Assembly: GCA_964188305.1 (NCBI GenBank) | Contig: OZ076885.1 | DNA from: Podarcis bocagei | Taxonomy: Eukaryota | DNA: 64,000 bases | Strand: one strand, 5' to 3' | In this document: positions 37,021 through 51,010 of the stretch, in pieces | How the letters are laid out: each line of letters starts with the position of its first letter | Position numbering within the stretch: the first letter of the stretch is position 1 | The notes under the pieces: model-generated | Database searches by the model: none | Told to the model about the DNA's origin: nothing | Seen by the model: the letters and a program-made list of their open reading frames with translations, nothing else | Translations under genes and position numbers: made by a program

Positions 37021-37646
37021 AGAACCTCTCTTGCAAGCCGATAAGTCCCCCTCAAAAAGAGTCAAGAAGGGATTGGTGACTAGCCCACTGAAAATTGCCA
37101 TTAGCATCGTCCACTATATTTTCCTGAGGATTTCTTTTTGCACACCCGGTTCTCCCTCTGTCCGCAGACTGCACAAGTTGCCAACAACTGACTTGCTCTG
37201 TCCCAAAGAGGATCCTGTGCCTTGTTAGAAGACCCGACAATTTGAACTGCTCTTCAAATCCTAGCTAAAGGTCTGATGTCCCCATATGTTATTCAGGTCA
37301 GCTAAAAATAGATTGAGGAAAGTTTAACAGGGGGAAAGGGTTTATGTCTAAGGGTTATATCTAGGGTTTTATATCTTAATTTACATCTCATTGTCTGGGC
37401 CTTCAGCAATGGCTTTGCCTACTAATTAAAACAAATGAGAGGAGTGTGGGGAGACCCTCTGGCTTTATCTAGGCTCTGAAAAATGAACTTCAAATAACTC
37501 CCTTTGTAAAAGAATAAAGGAGAACGGAAGGGAGCTTGGAAAGAACTCAGCTAGTGAGAGGGGCAATTAGTACTTTTCAATCAACAGGCAATGAAGAGGT
37601 CCATCTACAATTATCCACAGAAAGAGGCCTACTTTTTCTCCAATTT

Positions 37647-38510
37647 TCTCAGTGATAGAGCACCTGCTTTACACGCGAAAGTTCCAAGGTTTAGTTCCTA
37701 GCATGTAAATGTGGGAAAGATGAAACGCTGGAGAGCTGCTGCCTGTCACTGTAGACAATACTGAGTTAGCTGGACCAATGTTCTTTCTCAGTACAAGGCA
37801 GCTTCCAGTGTTCAGTCTGGTCGGGGAGAAACAACAGCTGTAGGACCATCACCTTCATTCTCCTGGATATGCTGGTTTCCTCATGGAGGTTGTAGGAGCC
37901 AAAGATGTGACGTCCCCTACCTGCATTCTAAAGTGCTACACAATCCAGAAATGACTTTGGTTTCTTCGTCCACTTGAGTTTGGAAGGACCATAGCTCAGT
38001 GGCAGAGTGCATGGTTTGCATGCCAAGGGTCCCATGTTCACTCCTCTGTATCGCCAGATGAGTCCGCAAAAGACCCATGTCTGGAAACTTGGAAAGCTGC
38101 AGTCAGGCAGTGTAGATTATCTTTTGCTGATCTGTTATGGGACTCCAACTCTCGGCAGTCTAACATGGTCAATAGCCAGACATGGTGGGCAAACAGATGG
38201 GGATTGACTGGGTGAGAAGGGATCATGTTGGAAGCCTTGAAAGAAGCACCAGTACACCCCTTCCCCAAAAGGCCATCCTTAGACCAAGAAGTATTCAACA
38301 ACTATAGGTCAGTGATAAGTATCCCCTTCCTTTCTGGTAATTCAGGAACTTAAGAAGCTGCCTTATGCTGTGTTGGAGCCCTTGGTCCAGCTATTTCTGC
38401 ATTTACTATGTGGACTGGCAATAGCTCTCTGGGGTTTCTGACCAGCCTTGTTTGGAGATGTCAGAGACCTGAACCTGGAACTTTTTGCATGCTCTGCAAA
38501 AAAGCCGGAG
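37647..38510. mobile_element. Cluster of three degenerate Squam3-like SINEs (about 37647-37812 +, 37982-38120 +, 38345-38510 -)
   Basis: Each matches 9681-9868 (tagctcagtgg A box, gtgtagac tail, gaacctggaac on the minus copy). Confidence 0.6.
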
Positions 38511-40086
38511 CTCTTTCACAAAGGATGCCTCTTGCCAGCCAACTGACTTACAGATGTCACCTCCCTCCCAACTCCTGTCTCAAGCCATTAAAACAACAGA
38601 AGCTGAAACACCAGACAAGGATCAATACCTACAACTTTGTGTGGGAAAACTATGGACAGAAAATCATTCACAGGACAATCTCTTACCATTCTCCCTCACA
38701 CACCTTTTAACATCTCGCTAGTCAAATTCCCTGTCACTGGTAAGAGTTTTGGGCATCAGTTCTTTCAATAAAGCTGGAAACAGAATGCTTTTTAGAAGCC
38801 TATTTCAAGTACGTTTTCTTCTTTCCCCCCTTAATATATAGGCCTGTCACAGATGAGACTCTGAAGCTTGGGCACCTTTGAAAAAAATGACACCTGAAAG
38901 CCAATTCACACGCCTAGTAGACTCGCAGTGCTTTTCTTTTCTTTTCTTCTTCTAAATTCCAGCTATGACATTCCTTGCTTATTGTGAGTAGGCCAACACA
39001 AGCAGAAAATAAAAATAAATGCTCAGTTTGAATGTCACAGCCAAAACATATTGAGGTGATTTGAAGAGGTGTGCAAAAAAACCAGTTTGATGATGGAACC
39101 AATTTCCTGGGCTGGTGGGGTGGGTGAGTGCTGTCAGACCTGTTGGGGCTGCTTTAGCTTTGGATTTCCCAAGTCAGTCAGGGAGTTGGGTCTATGTTAC
39201 TGTATACAGTTCTATCCTATGAAAACTGGAACCAAAGTGCTTGTGGTTAACAAGTCAGAAACCATATTGCTATTTTGAGGCTATTTTGGCATATAAGTGC
39301 ACAGGGCTGAGCTGCACAGGGCCTTATATGTTAATACCAACATGTATTAAACATCTATGTAGCTGGGTTTCACCAATGTACTTAATGGTATCCCTGGGGA
39401 TTTTCTGAATACATTTGTGCAGGGCGCAAAGCCCCACATTGATGTTTTCTCACTGATGTAAAAGCCAGCAAAAAATAACAACCCATTGTCCACAAACATA
39501 GGCACTGCACACTATACGAGGCACAGGAGGACAAGATGACAGCTTTCCTCTCCGACATGGCAGGGTACAATTTAAGGTGTGCCGTACTTCAAGAAAATCA
39601 AGAAACAATGGGAACAAAATTGCCTCTAAGCTAACTTTCTTCTGCCTCTCATTTTTAGCTTTCAGCCTGCTCTAAATTGTGCTGACTGGAATGATTTAAT
39701 GGGAATGACTGCTCCAGAATGAAAAGTAGCATTCAGTTCTGCTCACTGCCCTAAACTGTAACAAGAGGCAAAGGTGGCTAAGCAGCTATTTCAAACATGA
39801 GAGAAGTGAGGATCACCCAGATCACAAAGGGGGCAATTCAACTCACTTGCTGTGTACTACTGTCAGCCCCAAAATCATAGAAAAGTTGTTTTTCATTATC
39901 TATGACTGAGAAAGTACTTGTCCCAAACTCCATGTGATTTTTAAAATGACTTATGAACAAAATATCATAATTGCATAAAATACACAACAGAAAACAGAAG
40001 GAACCCTCGTGAAACCCCGTCTCATTTTGGCTCTCTAACACTACATGATATGTGTGGGGATCTACACATTGGTGAGTTATTTCACC

Positions 40087-40312
40087 CAGTGCTTTTTTTC
40101 TAAAAAAATGTTTAGGGGTACTCTCATTCTGACTGAGACTCAGGAAACACCGTGACAGGAAATGAGGCCGCCATTGGGGGTAGCAACGGAACTGACGATT
40201 CACCGTGCTAGAGAAGAAACTATTTTTTAAAAAAGAATTAGTTTCTTCTCCCGTTAGATTCACAAAATGTTTAGGGGTATATGTACCCGTGTCCCCCCAG
40301 AAAAAAGCACTG
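40087..40312. mobile_element. hAT MITE
   Basis: TIRs CAGTGCTTTTTT / AAAAAAGCACTG with perfect 8-bp TSD ATTTCACC. Repeated subterminal aaaatgtttaggggta. Confidence 0.9.
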
Positions 40313-41125
40313 ATTTCACCTATTGCCACACTACCACCCAGTTCTGATGATTATATAAACTATGATTAATGCAACTGAGAATGAGCCATGTTAATTCTTA
40401 AACTCCTAATCCTCTCTCCTCATCTATATGTGAGAGGCGAAGACTGAAGGCTTCCACTTCCATTTTAAGAGCAACCCATAGCTCTGTATTATGTTTGAAT
40501 CTGGGGAGGACTCTTTTAAACCCTCACTCAACTTGCACATTCTTTTCTTCCATGACCATTCCAGGAAAATTATTAAAGTATTTCATATATTTGATAGTTA
40601 AAAGCAAATCATAGCTAAGAACTAAAAACAGCTCTACAGGATTGCCATTTTTATCTTTATATTGGTGATGGCTATGGTTTATGAAATAAACAAATAACAA
40701 TGGCATAAAAAATACAGTTGTTGTATGTATCCACATTACTGATGTGCTCCCACTTGCATCTTTAAATGTCTAAATAATGTTTTTCATTATCTAGCTCAAG
40801 GGTTAAGAGCCTTGGTTTAAGTTGCCATTTTGTTAGCTAGGTGGCTCTCCTAGATGCACATCGGCATGTACCACATCATCCATAATTGCTTAATATGTAT
40901 CTTGAATGCCATTCATAATCAGTGCATTCTAGGTGCATATGTCTTATCCCAGACAAAAACAGTTGGCTACTTCCAGCATATGGTGTTGAGGTGACTGTGC
41001 AATTAGAATGCACAGTACCCAACATTAAGAAAATGCTGCGCATCAATTCAATATCAACACAAGCACCCAGAGGCCACAAAGCAGGATGCAGGTAGACAGC
41101 AGAACCACCATTATGTTATACTCAC

Positions 41126-41317
41126 ACTGAGCAGGAGGCACTTGTTTTCTTTGATGGCTCCTATGCACCCCACAAAGCCAATGATCATTACAAAAGTCCC
41201 TGTGATGATCAGCAGATTGGCAGCTGACAGGGAAGGGAAGGAAGAAGAGAGGGTAGCGAAGTTCCCTTGGGTAACTGCTAGCCATATGCCAACTCCAAGG
41301 ATCCCACAGCCTCCCAG
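41126..41317 (-). CDS. TSPAN4: Tetraspanin-4 internal coding exon (end of TM1, small extracellular loop, TM2)
   Basis: Minus strand ttttttctcctag|CTG...AGT|gtgagt, 192 nt, phase 0/0. Translates LGGCGILGVGIWLAVTQGNFATLSSSFPSLSAANLLIITGTFVMIIGFVGCIGAIKENKCLLLS. LGGCG, FATLSSSF and LLIITG match TSPAN4 rather than its paralog TSPAN9. Confidence 0.96.
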
Positions 41318-43266
41318 CTAGGAGAAAAAAACAAAACAAAAGGAGACATAAGATTAGACAGTTGCACTTCCAAGAAAGCTATTATCATAATCATCACCAC
41401 CAGTATCCTTCATTATCACTAATAGCAGACGTAGCAGTATCTAAGAAGCGCAAAATATAGCTGTAATTAGTTTTATAGTTTGCATATTTCTATTCATCGA
41501 AATCACACAGTGCACATAGCCTGGTAGAGTATCATCCATTAGGACTGATGCACAGTTATGCTGGGTACATTTATGAACATAGTAAGTGAGAGACTCTGAT
41601 CCCTTAAAGCCTTCACATGAAAGAGACAAGGGAGAAAGAACGAGCAGGAGGTATGGAAGTGTTGTGATCACCCCTCTCACAGGCAGATATGGAAATTTGG
41701 ACTAGTCTCATGAAGAAAGAATGCCACACAGCTGGGATTGGAAATTAAGCCCAAGGATTTCGACAGAGTGCTTTTGCTCAAATTGACATTTTTTGCTTAA
41801 AGGACATGCACACACTGAGAGAAGCTAATGAAGTCTTGGTGTAGCTGGAGACTAAAAGAGAGTCGCAAAATAATGAAGGCAGTTCAGATATTTGGAATTT
41901 CAATGCAATAACCAGCTGCAATCTTGCTCTCTGCTGTTGGCAAATAAGGCACAGATATTTCCTCTATTATTCCTTTCCCAGCTGAGGTGTGTGCCAAGGA
42001 CAGCCATATTCTCAAAACTGCTCAAGGACTGGATTCCGTCCCATCTCATTTCCAACAGGAGGTGTGTCTTCAAGGAACCTCCATTGTGAGACTCCTGCAG
42101 AATCCAGTACGATTATCCAAATCATATACTGTTTATGCAAGATATAGGGCTGGTGATAACCTTGCATTGCAAGCTCCCCTACCAGGAAATAAATAGGCTG
42201 CTTTTCAAGTAAGAGATGGCACCACAGGCACATGCTCTCGATCTGGTTGTGGGGAGAGTTTAATGGATGAGAAAAATGAGGGCAGAGAGCAAATGTGACT
42301 TTTCCCAGACACTCATCAAAGGTAGCTCCACTTACAGTACATTGCAAGGCTTGCTGTAACCATGGCATCTGTCACCATGGCCAGAACTACCCTCTTCCAT
42401 GAATGGGCACAATTGGGATATCACTTAACCTGCACAAAGGCACTCTTGGCCACAATGCCCAACTGGACATCCAGGGTCAAGACTGAGTTCAGGAGTAACC
42501 CCCAAGCTATGAAACTGTGTTTTAAAGGGACATGCTACCCTATCCAGTGTAGGTGAAACCCCAGCTCCTAGACTAGCTCTTTTACTGAATTAACTTGGCA
42601 CCAATCAGAGTATTCATCCTACTATGAACAGCAGGTTTGTAGGGGGAGGTTTATGATTCCAGCTAGAACCATGGCAGGGCAAAGACTTAAATCCCTCTCG
42701 TCTCATCCCCCTCATCCCCATGCAAGTTATTTGTTTAAAACAACTGACCCACAAGGCCAAATGAGATGAGTAAAATCCTGTCTGGATTAGCCTTCAGTCA
42801 GTATGCACATCTAGTCTACACATTTGTGTCTATTAATTTGTGGTTTATAATGGTGAGCAAATGCTAACATTTGCAATGATTCATATAGAAATGCCAAAAA
42901 GTAAGCAGAAAAAACAAAATAAAAGGGATTTTGCATGAGACCAATCACAAAGAATAATGCCATTTAAGTTCCTTGCCTTTCAAAACTGAGATTTAGAACT
43001 GCACATTACCCATCTCAAAAGGCCAAAAGAGAAACTATGCATGCAAGACAGATGTGCCATTTTCACTCAAACAATAAAGAAAATATTAACTAAATGTCTG
43101 CAAGAAGGGCGTGGGTTGTAAAAAGAAAGACAGGGTCATAGAAAATCTTTAGAATTAGAAGATGTTAGGAAAAAAGAAAGCCAAGAACACATCATATGAC
43201 TATTCAGACAATTACACACATAGGATTTACACAAACGATTCTGTCTGAAGCAGCATACTCCCATCT

Positions 43267-43487
43267 TATACCCTCCAACATTTCTCTGCTGAAAACAGGG
43301 TCATCCTGTTCAACAACAACAAGAAGAATTGTTTATTTGTACCCCACCCATCTGTCTGGATTGCCCCAGCCATTCTGGACAACTTCCAATGTATATAAAA
43401 ACATAATAAAACATTTTAAAACTCCCCTATATGGGGCTACCTTCAAATCTAAAGGTTGTATAGTTACTTATCTCCTTGGCTCGGGAG
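43267..43487 (-). mobile_element. Partial second copy of the MITE/L2 composite at 13389-13757
   Basis: Reverse complement of about 13540-13757, including the TIR ataccctccaacatttctc and the L2 tail. Confidence 0.75.
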
Positions 43488-46251
43488 ATGCTATATTAAC
43501 CATTAGTGTCTTAAGTATATGATTGAAACATATAACTAGATTGTTGCTAAAAGTTTCATTATCATGGAAAATATTTTTTTATTGGTAAAATGCAGCCAAA
43601 CACATTCTATGCACTAATGTATGTCTCTACCACTTCCCCTGATAACTGTATGCTAATGAGAAAGGTACAGTTGCCTGATAGTAGATAGTACACTTTGAAA
43701 TCTATGAGGATGGTGAGGTCTGCCAAGTTGAGGTGGTGGCCTCTACTTAGTAGAATGAATTGTTCATACAAAGATTCCTCTGAGCCTCCTTGCCTTTAAG
43801 AAACATAAACATTTATCCCCGAGCCTTTTCTCAGGTCTATTGGGCCATATGAAAACAACTGCTTTTCATGCAGTTTGGTTACTCTTTATGTACACTCTTA
43901 AAATGTTTATTGTGAATAGTTTGGCGGGTACTACATGTAAAGGAGACTAGGAGAGGGGTTTCTGGTCAGGTGGGACATAGGTAAGAAATAAAACAGCAAG
44001 GGACTTTGAGACAAACACAGAAATGCGCTTTAAAAGTTTTGTTGATGCCTGTCTGTTTTGATTTTTTTACCCTTGACATCCATGCTCCTGCGATTTATGG
44101 ATAATTGTACTCAGTTATTAATGTATTGCCCTCCTCCGAACCTTCCGCTAGTTCCCCACCATTTCTTGTTTGCAGTGCCAAACAATTCACAGAAGAGTGA
44201 TGAAACAATGACTCCTGACAGTTTTCAGAGCTTGCTGCTGTGTGGAATAAAACAAAAACCAAACCACTAACGGGGCTGGTTTTGATAGCTTTACTGTCTT
44301 CCAGAAGGCCCCCAAATTGTCACGGTGAAAGGAGACACTAATCACTGAAACAAAAGAGTGACAAAAACAAAAACAGAACTGCAAAATGGCATGATATATT
44401 AGCAAATAAGTACCAGGCCTATATTGATTTCGCAGGAAATGTGTGAAACAGGCCCTGTTTATCAAAGATGACACCTTCAGCTAGCTTCCTGATGACGGCA
44501 GCATTTATCCCGCCTTGAATTAAAATACAGCAAGTTCTGAATGCTTGTACTGAATAATTATTTTTGACACCTCCTCTTTCCTACCCAATTACAGCAGATA
44601 TACTGCCACTTCTCTTCCTTATCTTTATTCTCCGGACAGCCTGAACAGGGGTAACACAAGAAGGACTTTCATGTAAGCCGGCCAACTCTTCTTCATTGTG
44701 AGCTGCCTTGGAGTTGCCAAGAGGTGAAGGGGAGCCTTCATTTTGAAAAGAAATTGTTTTCTTGAAAAGATGTAAGCTGGTGTTGACAGAGTTTTTCCTT
44801 TTTTAAAAAAAAAATTCTTAGAACTCAGTTTTTCTGCTGATGGATTGGTACCTTGCTTCATGTTTTAGTATGGTGTTCTGTTTTTTATTGATGCTGCTGC
44901 ACTTCGTAGATTGGGGTGGCTAACTTTTGCGGGGCCCATAGGCACAGCTGGAATTACAAGACAGTGTTGTCAGCGCCATCTGCCCTGGTTACTTCCCCTC
45001 CTATGAGTTCGTGTATCATGCAGATGAAAGCACACATGTATGGAGAGGGTAGCTGGTAAGTGGGTAAGCCAGAGAACAACTTGAAAATCATAACGTTCAC
45101 CTTGTTTTTAAGACAAGAATTGCAAGTCACCAAGAATCGTTTTCTGAGCCAAGGAATAACAAAACTCAGCTACATCTCTCCAAGCAGACTTGTTTCACCT
45201 ATACACTAAGTAAACCATGAAGTCACTGCTTTGCACACCCATCCCTCTTACATACAAACACTGGAGCAGGGCTGGGGGGTTGCAGACTTAGAGATTCTTG
45301 GTTATTAAGCAAGTTAGAAAGTAAATTATTCAGGCTTCGATTGATCTTGCACTACTGTAAACAGAGTAATCCCAAGTAACTTCAAATATAAGAATTCAAT
45401 TGGGTGCTTCAGTTCTGCACACATTTTATAATATGGTGGTAGAAATTGCCTCATTGTTCATCCTAACGGTCTTTGTGCCCCTAAGTGATCTTTATTGCTT
45501 TTATTGTCTAGAAAATGCATCTAATCAACAGCTCCTGGGTTTGTTATCAGATTAGGATCCGCACACACACAAAAACCCAGCTAATACTGGTCATGCATTA
45601 TACATAGGGAGTTGTGGGGGGAAATCTGTTCTTCTATTCAGTTGTATTTTACATCTGCTTATAGGGCTTAGTTGGAGAATGCTATGCTCTCAGAATAATT
45701 CTAGTTAATTTTCTGAGAGCACATTCTACTACAATTTTAACACCAAGGAAAATAAAATTGTCTCTTTCTTTTTACACTATAATATTATTTCAGAGGCATT
45801 AAGAAAGATTTCTAACAGCAATAGTTGGCCCCTTTCTGCTCTTTAGGAACTCTAAATTGTTGTTCCCATAACTCCTCGGGTTCACAACATGCACTGACAG
45901 CTTTAGAAAAAAAGTCAGAGCTGTTCTTTCTAAGGCGTCAACTTTAACAGAGCAAAAATCTCCTTAGAAAAATACTCAAAGGCCTATTTTGTTTCAGGAG
46001 TGGGAAGCTGCACACAATCAAAAAGACTTCCTCTTTACGCCCCAGGTTGTTTTCAGTTCATGTTGTTAGTTACACTTTGTCCATGATCTTGGCAGCTAAA
46101 TGTTTTCCCTCGTAAAATTGCAACTGTTATATCCTGGACATGGGAACAATTTGGTGCCTTAAAAACACAGCATGGTTTGAGTGTTTTCAACTCAGCAGAA
46201 GGCTATAATGACAATGCTTTTAAGTCAAGTTATTTCTGAAGACCCTGGCGA

Positions 46252-46385
46252 CAGGGCTGGGGAAGCTGTATCCCTCCAGATGTTGCTGCACTCCTATTAT
46301 CCCTAGCCATTGACCATGCTGGCTGAAGCTGACAGGAGTTGGGAGTCCAGCAACATCTGGAAGGTCACAGTTTCCCCCACTGCTG
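46252..46385. mobile_element. Palindromic hAT (Charlie-like) MITE
   Basis: tccagatgttgctg / cagcaacatctgga inverted arms with cagggctggggaa / ttcccccactgctg termini. Another copy at 46813-46950. Confidence 0.75.
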
Positions 46386-47531
46386 CCCTAGAGGGTACAT
46401 ATAGGGCGGGAGTCAACTAAATAGTTGTGTTAGTGTAAGGGTTTGCACTAATGCATCAGAATCCCCCCTTTTCCTCTGCCTGCACCATCCCTACATGTGC
46501 TCTGGAGTGTCGGGAGACACCCAGAACAGATTTAAAGGGTGAATAGTAGGATGAGAAGAGGGAGAGGGTGCGCAGCACTGACGGAACGTCATCCTTAGTG
46601 CTATAGTGAATATAATACATAGTGGGCAAAGCTAGACGTGGCAAGCAACACCTTCTCCTGCTAGCCTGCCCTGTTCCCCATGACCTGGTGACAATAACAG
46701 CAGAACCACCTTGAACTGGAGGTCTGAAGATGAGGCCTACCCTACCATGGACTCTGTGTGTCCACAGTGCGTAAGAGTCCTCTTCAGGAGCAGAAATGAA
46801 CATCCAATTGGACAGGGATGGGGAACCTATGCCCCTCCAGATGTTCTTGAAGTTCAGCTCCAATCATGCCTGGCCACTGACTATGCTGGCTGGGGCTTGA
46901 GGGGAGGTGGAGTCCAAAGCATCCAGAAGTTTGCAGGTTTCCTATTGCTGGTGTAGTGGAACAAGTCACTAGTGGTTCTAAGAAGTGTTTCTGCAAGGCA
47001 GGGCATGATTTCTACTAATCCCTCCTACGCAGTGCAGCCTCCCTATGCCTCTCAAAAGCTTCTCTTGGTTGAAGGCCATCTGGAGCAGGAGCAGAAATGG
47101 AATAGAGGAGTGCAATTGGTAAAGGGGATTGGTGGAAATCAGGTGGCCTGCCTGGCACAAGAAAAAGCACTTCAGCTAGAGCGGAGTCACCTCTGAATAC
47201 AAGTATGTATGCAACACTGAACATAGCTGTTGGCAAAAGGGAACCTGTGGACTGGATACAGGGATCCTGGTCTTCCAGCATCACCTAGTGAACAGAACAA
47301 TATCTTCTGCTTATTGCACTCCAAGCTCTATTTCCTTGGCCTTGTACCTTATGGGGACACTGACCTGAAGAACACACATCTTCCAGGTCTAAATTTACCC
47401 CCAGCATCCTCAAAAGCTCACATGAATGCAAAGGAATGTCACATAGGCTCATCATTGGCTGGAACACATAGATCTTGTTTTCTGCTTGGAACAGTGACCA
47501 CAGCACTGCTCAACATAACATGTGAAAAGAA

Positions 47532-47532
<1 letters not shown>

Positions 47533-47570
<38 letters not shown>
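47533..47570. repeat. (AC)19 microsatellite
   Basis: Read directly. Confidence 0.95.
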
Positions 47571-47573
<3 letters not shown>

Positions 47574-48174
47574 GCCTAGAAAGTCTCACATAGCTACATT
47601 TAGTTTCAGAAAGGGAATTCAAGTTCAAAATAAAATGAGAAGACTTCTAAAAAGGAAATGAGGGTGGGGTTAGAGGAGGTTAAATTCCTTCAAGAAAAGA
47701 TTTCAATTTTTAAAAGGAAGCCTTTACATCGCTAAAAGCAGTGTCAACCCTTCCTTTTAAAAATGGGAATCTTGCCCAAATCAGAAACAGTTGCTGGCAA
47801 AACAAATGCACATTGATGAGGAGGCAAGCAAAGGAGGACTTTGGAAGAACAAATTGTTTAAAGGCATAAACATGAAACAAACATTGCTTTTAATAGTAGA
47901 GAGAGCTCCCCTCAGCATGCTTAGAACGGTGGCTCAGAAAAACTGCCCCAAATCTCAGAAACAGCCCAGTTTATTCTGAGTCCAATTCATACCTTAACTG
48001 GGAACATGGCATGGTCCAATTCCTCCCCAACTGTCTGCCTGCCCAACAAGCCTCCTACCTGTCCACCTATGACTCAGGGACAACTCAGTGAAACTCACTA
48101 GCAGTTGGTTCAGAACAAACTACTATTTTATACCGTGCATATTTATCTTATACAATTCATTACCACATGATTCA

Positions 48175-48430
48175 GTGGGGACCATTAGCTTAGATGGATT
48201 TTTAAAAGATTAGAGAAATGCAGAGAGGACATGTACATGGAAGGTTATCTGCAATTATAGCAAAATGGAACCTCCACAATCAGAGTATGTATACCTGAGA
48301 ATACCAAATACTGGGAGTATACAACATGGCCTTTAAGTCCTGCTTACAGGTTTTCCAGAGGCACCTGTCTGGCTATTCTTAAGAACAGGATGCTGGACTG
48401 GATGTGTCTGATCAGGCAAAACTCTTCTTC
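48175..48430 (+). mobile_element. Old CR1-like 3' fragment
   Basis: ttagatggatttttaaaagattaga...aacaggatgctggactggatg. Confidence 0.55.
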
Positions 48431-48680
48431 TGTTTGGCCCCGAAAACTGACTGTAAGGGAGGCTACCATTGGCTGTGAGGTTTTGGTGTGCCAGGATCTT
48501 CCTAGCAATGTGAATTCAATAAAGTGGTTTGGGGGCTCAGACCCCACCTCTGTCTTGTACTCGGTTAATTTTTTTGGGGGGGGGGAATTTTCATTGTATT
48601 TTAGTCTTAGCTCCCATGAAATGAGTGTTTGGAAACTGGCCCCTCCCAGTACCAGCACAATTTTGTGAATGGGCAGGCCC

Positions 48681-48771
48681 CATAGCTGTCAATGTTTTCC
48701 CCTTTTTTAAGGGAAATTCACTTATTCCAAATAGGATTCTTCGCAAGAAAAGGGGAAAGTTGACAGCTACG
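48681..48771. mobile_element. 91-bp hAT MITE
   Basis: TIRs CATAGCTGTCAA / TTGACAGCTACG. TSD gcaggccc / gcaggtcc. Confidence 0.85.
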
Positions 48772-49325
48772 GCAGGTCCTTGTTCTCGGAGGCGGGAATG
48801 TGCAGGGATGGGGACAAATTAATAAAACGGCTCCTCTCGCTCATCTCACCAAGCTGAAATCCAGAGAGAGAACAAATCCCCTTAAGACACAACAGTTAAA
48901 TCCTGCCATTAGCTAAGATGGTGAGGTTTTTGCACACACTCCCCCCCCCTTAGATGGATTAAACCAGATTGTTTTTTAAGTGGCCATAAGGAACTTATTC
49001 AAGCTTGTCTAATTTCATAGGCATCGAGGACAAGAAGCTCGTCACCTTATGTGTTAACACTGAAGTTTGACAGCAGAAGTAGACCTAAAGCCAAGGACTT
49101 CTAAGTAATGGGCTCCATGTTCTGAATTATGGACCTTTCCACTTGGCTTTGACCTTCATGAGTTTCTGAGGCCGTCCACCTGCTGATAATCAGATTCATT
49201 CCAAGTTCTTCCATTTCAGGAAGTCAGAACATCAGCTGCAAGGAGATGAGCCAACACAGTGGAATGACCTTGCCCATAAGCCATTTTTATGTTCCTCCCA
49301 TCTCAGTTTTTATGACATCCATCTA

Positions 49326-49573
49326 CAGTGGTACCTCTAGATGCGAACGGGATCCGTTCCAGAACCCCGTTTGCATCTAGAAGCAAACGTAACCCGTGTC
49401 CGCGCGTCTGCGCGGGTCATGTTTTGGCACTTCTGCGCATGACGCCGTTTTGAGCATCTGCACATGCACATGCGGCGAAACCCAGAAGTAACATGCTCCG
49501 TTACTTCCGGGTTGCCGCAGAGCGCAACTCAAATGAGCTCATCTCAAAGCACATTCAACCCGAGGTATGACTG
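49326..49573. mobile_element. Tigger/pogo-type MITE
   Basis: TIRs CAGTGGTACCTC / GAGGTATGACTG with TA TSD. CpG-rich interior. Confidence 0.85.
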
Positions 49574-50529
49574 TATTTGGACAGAAGGATGGCAAGCTTT
49601 CTGGAGGCTGCGTTGTTGAAAACTTTTTAAGTCAGCACTGCTCCACTTTTTGGTTTCTAAATGTATTTTGTGTATGTTGAATGGAGTGCTTTACCATTTT
49701 GTTGTAAAGTGCTTTGAGGAGTGGGGAAGACGGGTTTCAAATATTTTAATTAATTAAGCAAATTCACACACATATAGTGGGAAGTGTTCCTCGAACTTTG
49801 CAGAAGTTGTTTGCAAGCTGCTATGGTATGCTGTGCCAAAGTGGAACAAGATGATCCGTTCCCCCACCAACTGTGCTTTTCCTCCTGCTTGCTTTGCTTC
49901 CAAGCCACATTCAACCTCCCTTCCAAACTCATGGCAAGTCAGCCTGGCACGTAGGCTGCACGGCCGTAAGTAATAACACATCACACAACAGCTGCTTCTC
50001 TGTGACGGCTCTCATGGCGTTAGTTTACAACAAAATCTATTGCTTGCTGTATTTTCCTTTTCACACTCCTTCATTTTGTCCCAGTGTCATTTATTTCTCC
50101 TTTGTCCCATTGCATCAAGATTTGCTACAACCCTGAGGAATAGAATGAGTTTCAGATGTATGGGACGGAGTAAATCACAGAGAATTACAGCTGCCACTCC
50201 TTGCAGCTCTGAAGATGATAAACAGTGTGCGGTGATTAAAAATTAAAAGCTCTCTGAAACTAATTGTTTAGCCTGCCATCTCACATCCTTGTTATCTGCT
50301 TGAAAAATTAGCTTGAAACAAAAAGCTACAATCTGCAGTGCTGATGCAGATTGGTTTTCTGAGCATCAAAACCAGCACATAAATTGGAATTGTGCATAAG
50401 AACATACCAACCTCTCTGCAAAACCCAAGCACACCCACATTGTAGTCATGCTTGCTTCCATCAGTGAAGAATTGAGGTGTTCAGTGCAGTATCTGCTGCA
50501 ACTTCCTTACTTCAGTTTCAGTTTATATA

Positions 50530-51010
50530 GCTGATGATGTGGGCAAGGTCCTTGTGACAATGCAGACATCAACGTGTCTCCTCAACCCTTGCCCCTCTTG
50601 GCTTATTACAGCCTGCCAAGTAGATCCAGAGTGTGGTCAACACATCCTTGCAGAAGGGACTGGTCCCAGCTTATGGCGCAACAATTGCAACTACTCGCAG
50701 ACAAAACATATTATCTTGACTCATTTCAATCTGGGTTCTGGCCTGGTTACGTGACTGAATTGCCCTTTGTTGCCCTGATGGATGACACTTATCAGGAAAA
50801 GGACAGACCTAGTTTGGGCTTTTGATACTATTGATCATGGTATCCTTCTGAGCTGACTTAGTGGGATGGGTACCGGAGGCACTGTTTTAGAGTGGTTCTG
50901 TTCTTGCCTCCAGGGTCAGTTTCAGAGAACAGCATTGGGTGTTTGTCTTTTGCCTCCCTGGCAGTTGTGCTGTGGGGTGCCATATTGTGCCCAATGCTAT
51001 TTAACATATA
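50530..51010 (+). mobile_element. L2 LINE reverse-transcriptase fragment, degenerate
   Basis: TCLLNPCPSWL, YLDSFQSGF.PGY.TE...VALMDD, AFDTIDHGILL and PMLFNIY motifs. Confidence 0.85.

Noticed and set aside
46519-46545. Minus-strand ...LNLFW|gt resembling the TSPAN4 first coding exon end (FNLLFW)
   Set aside because: Upstream codons do not match MARxCLQxxKYLMF, the donor is weak, and the sequence looks repeat-derived.
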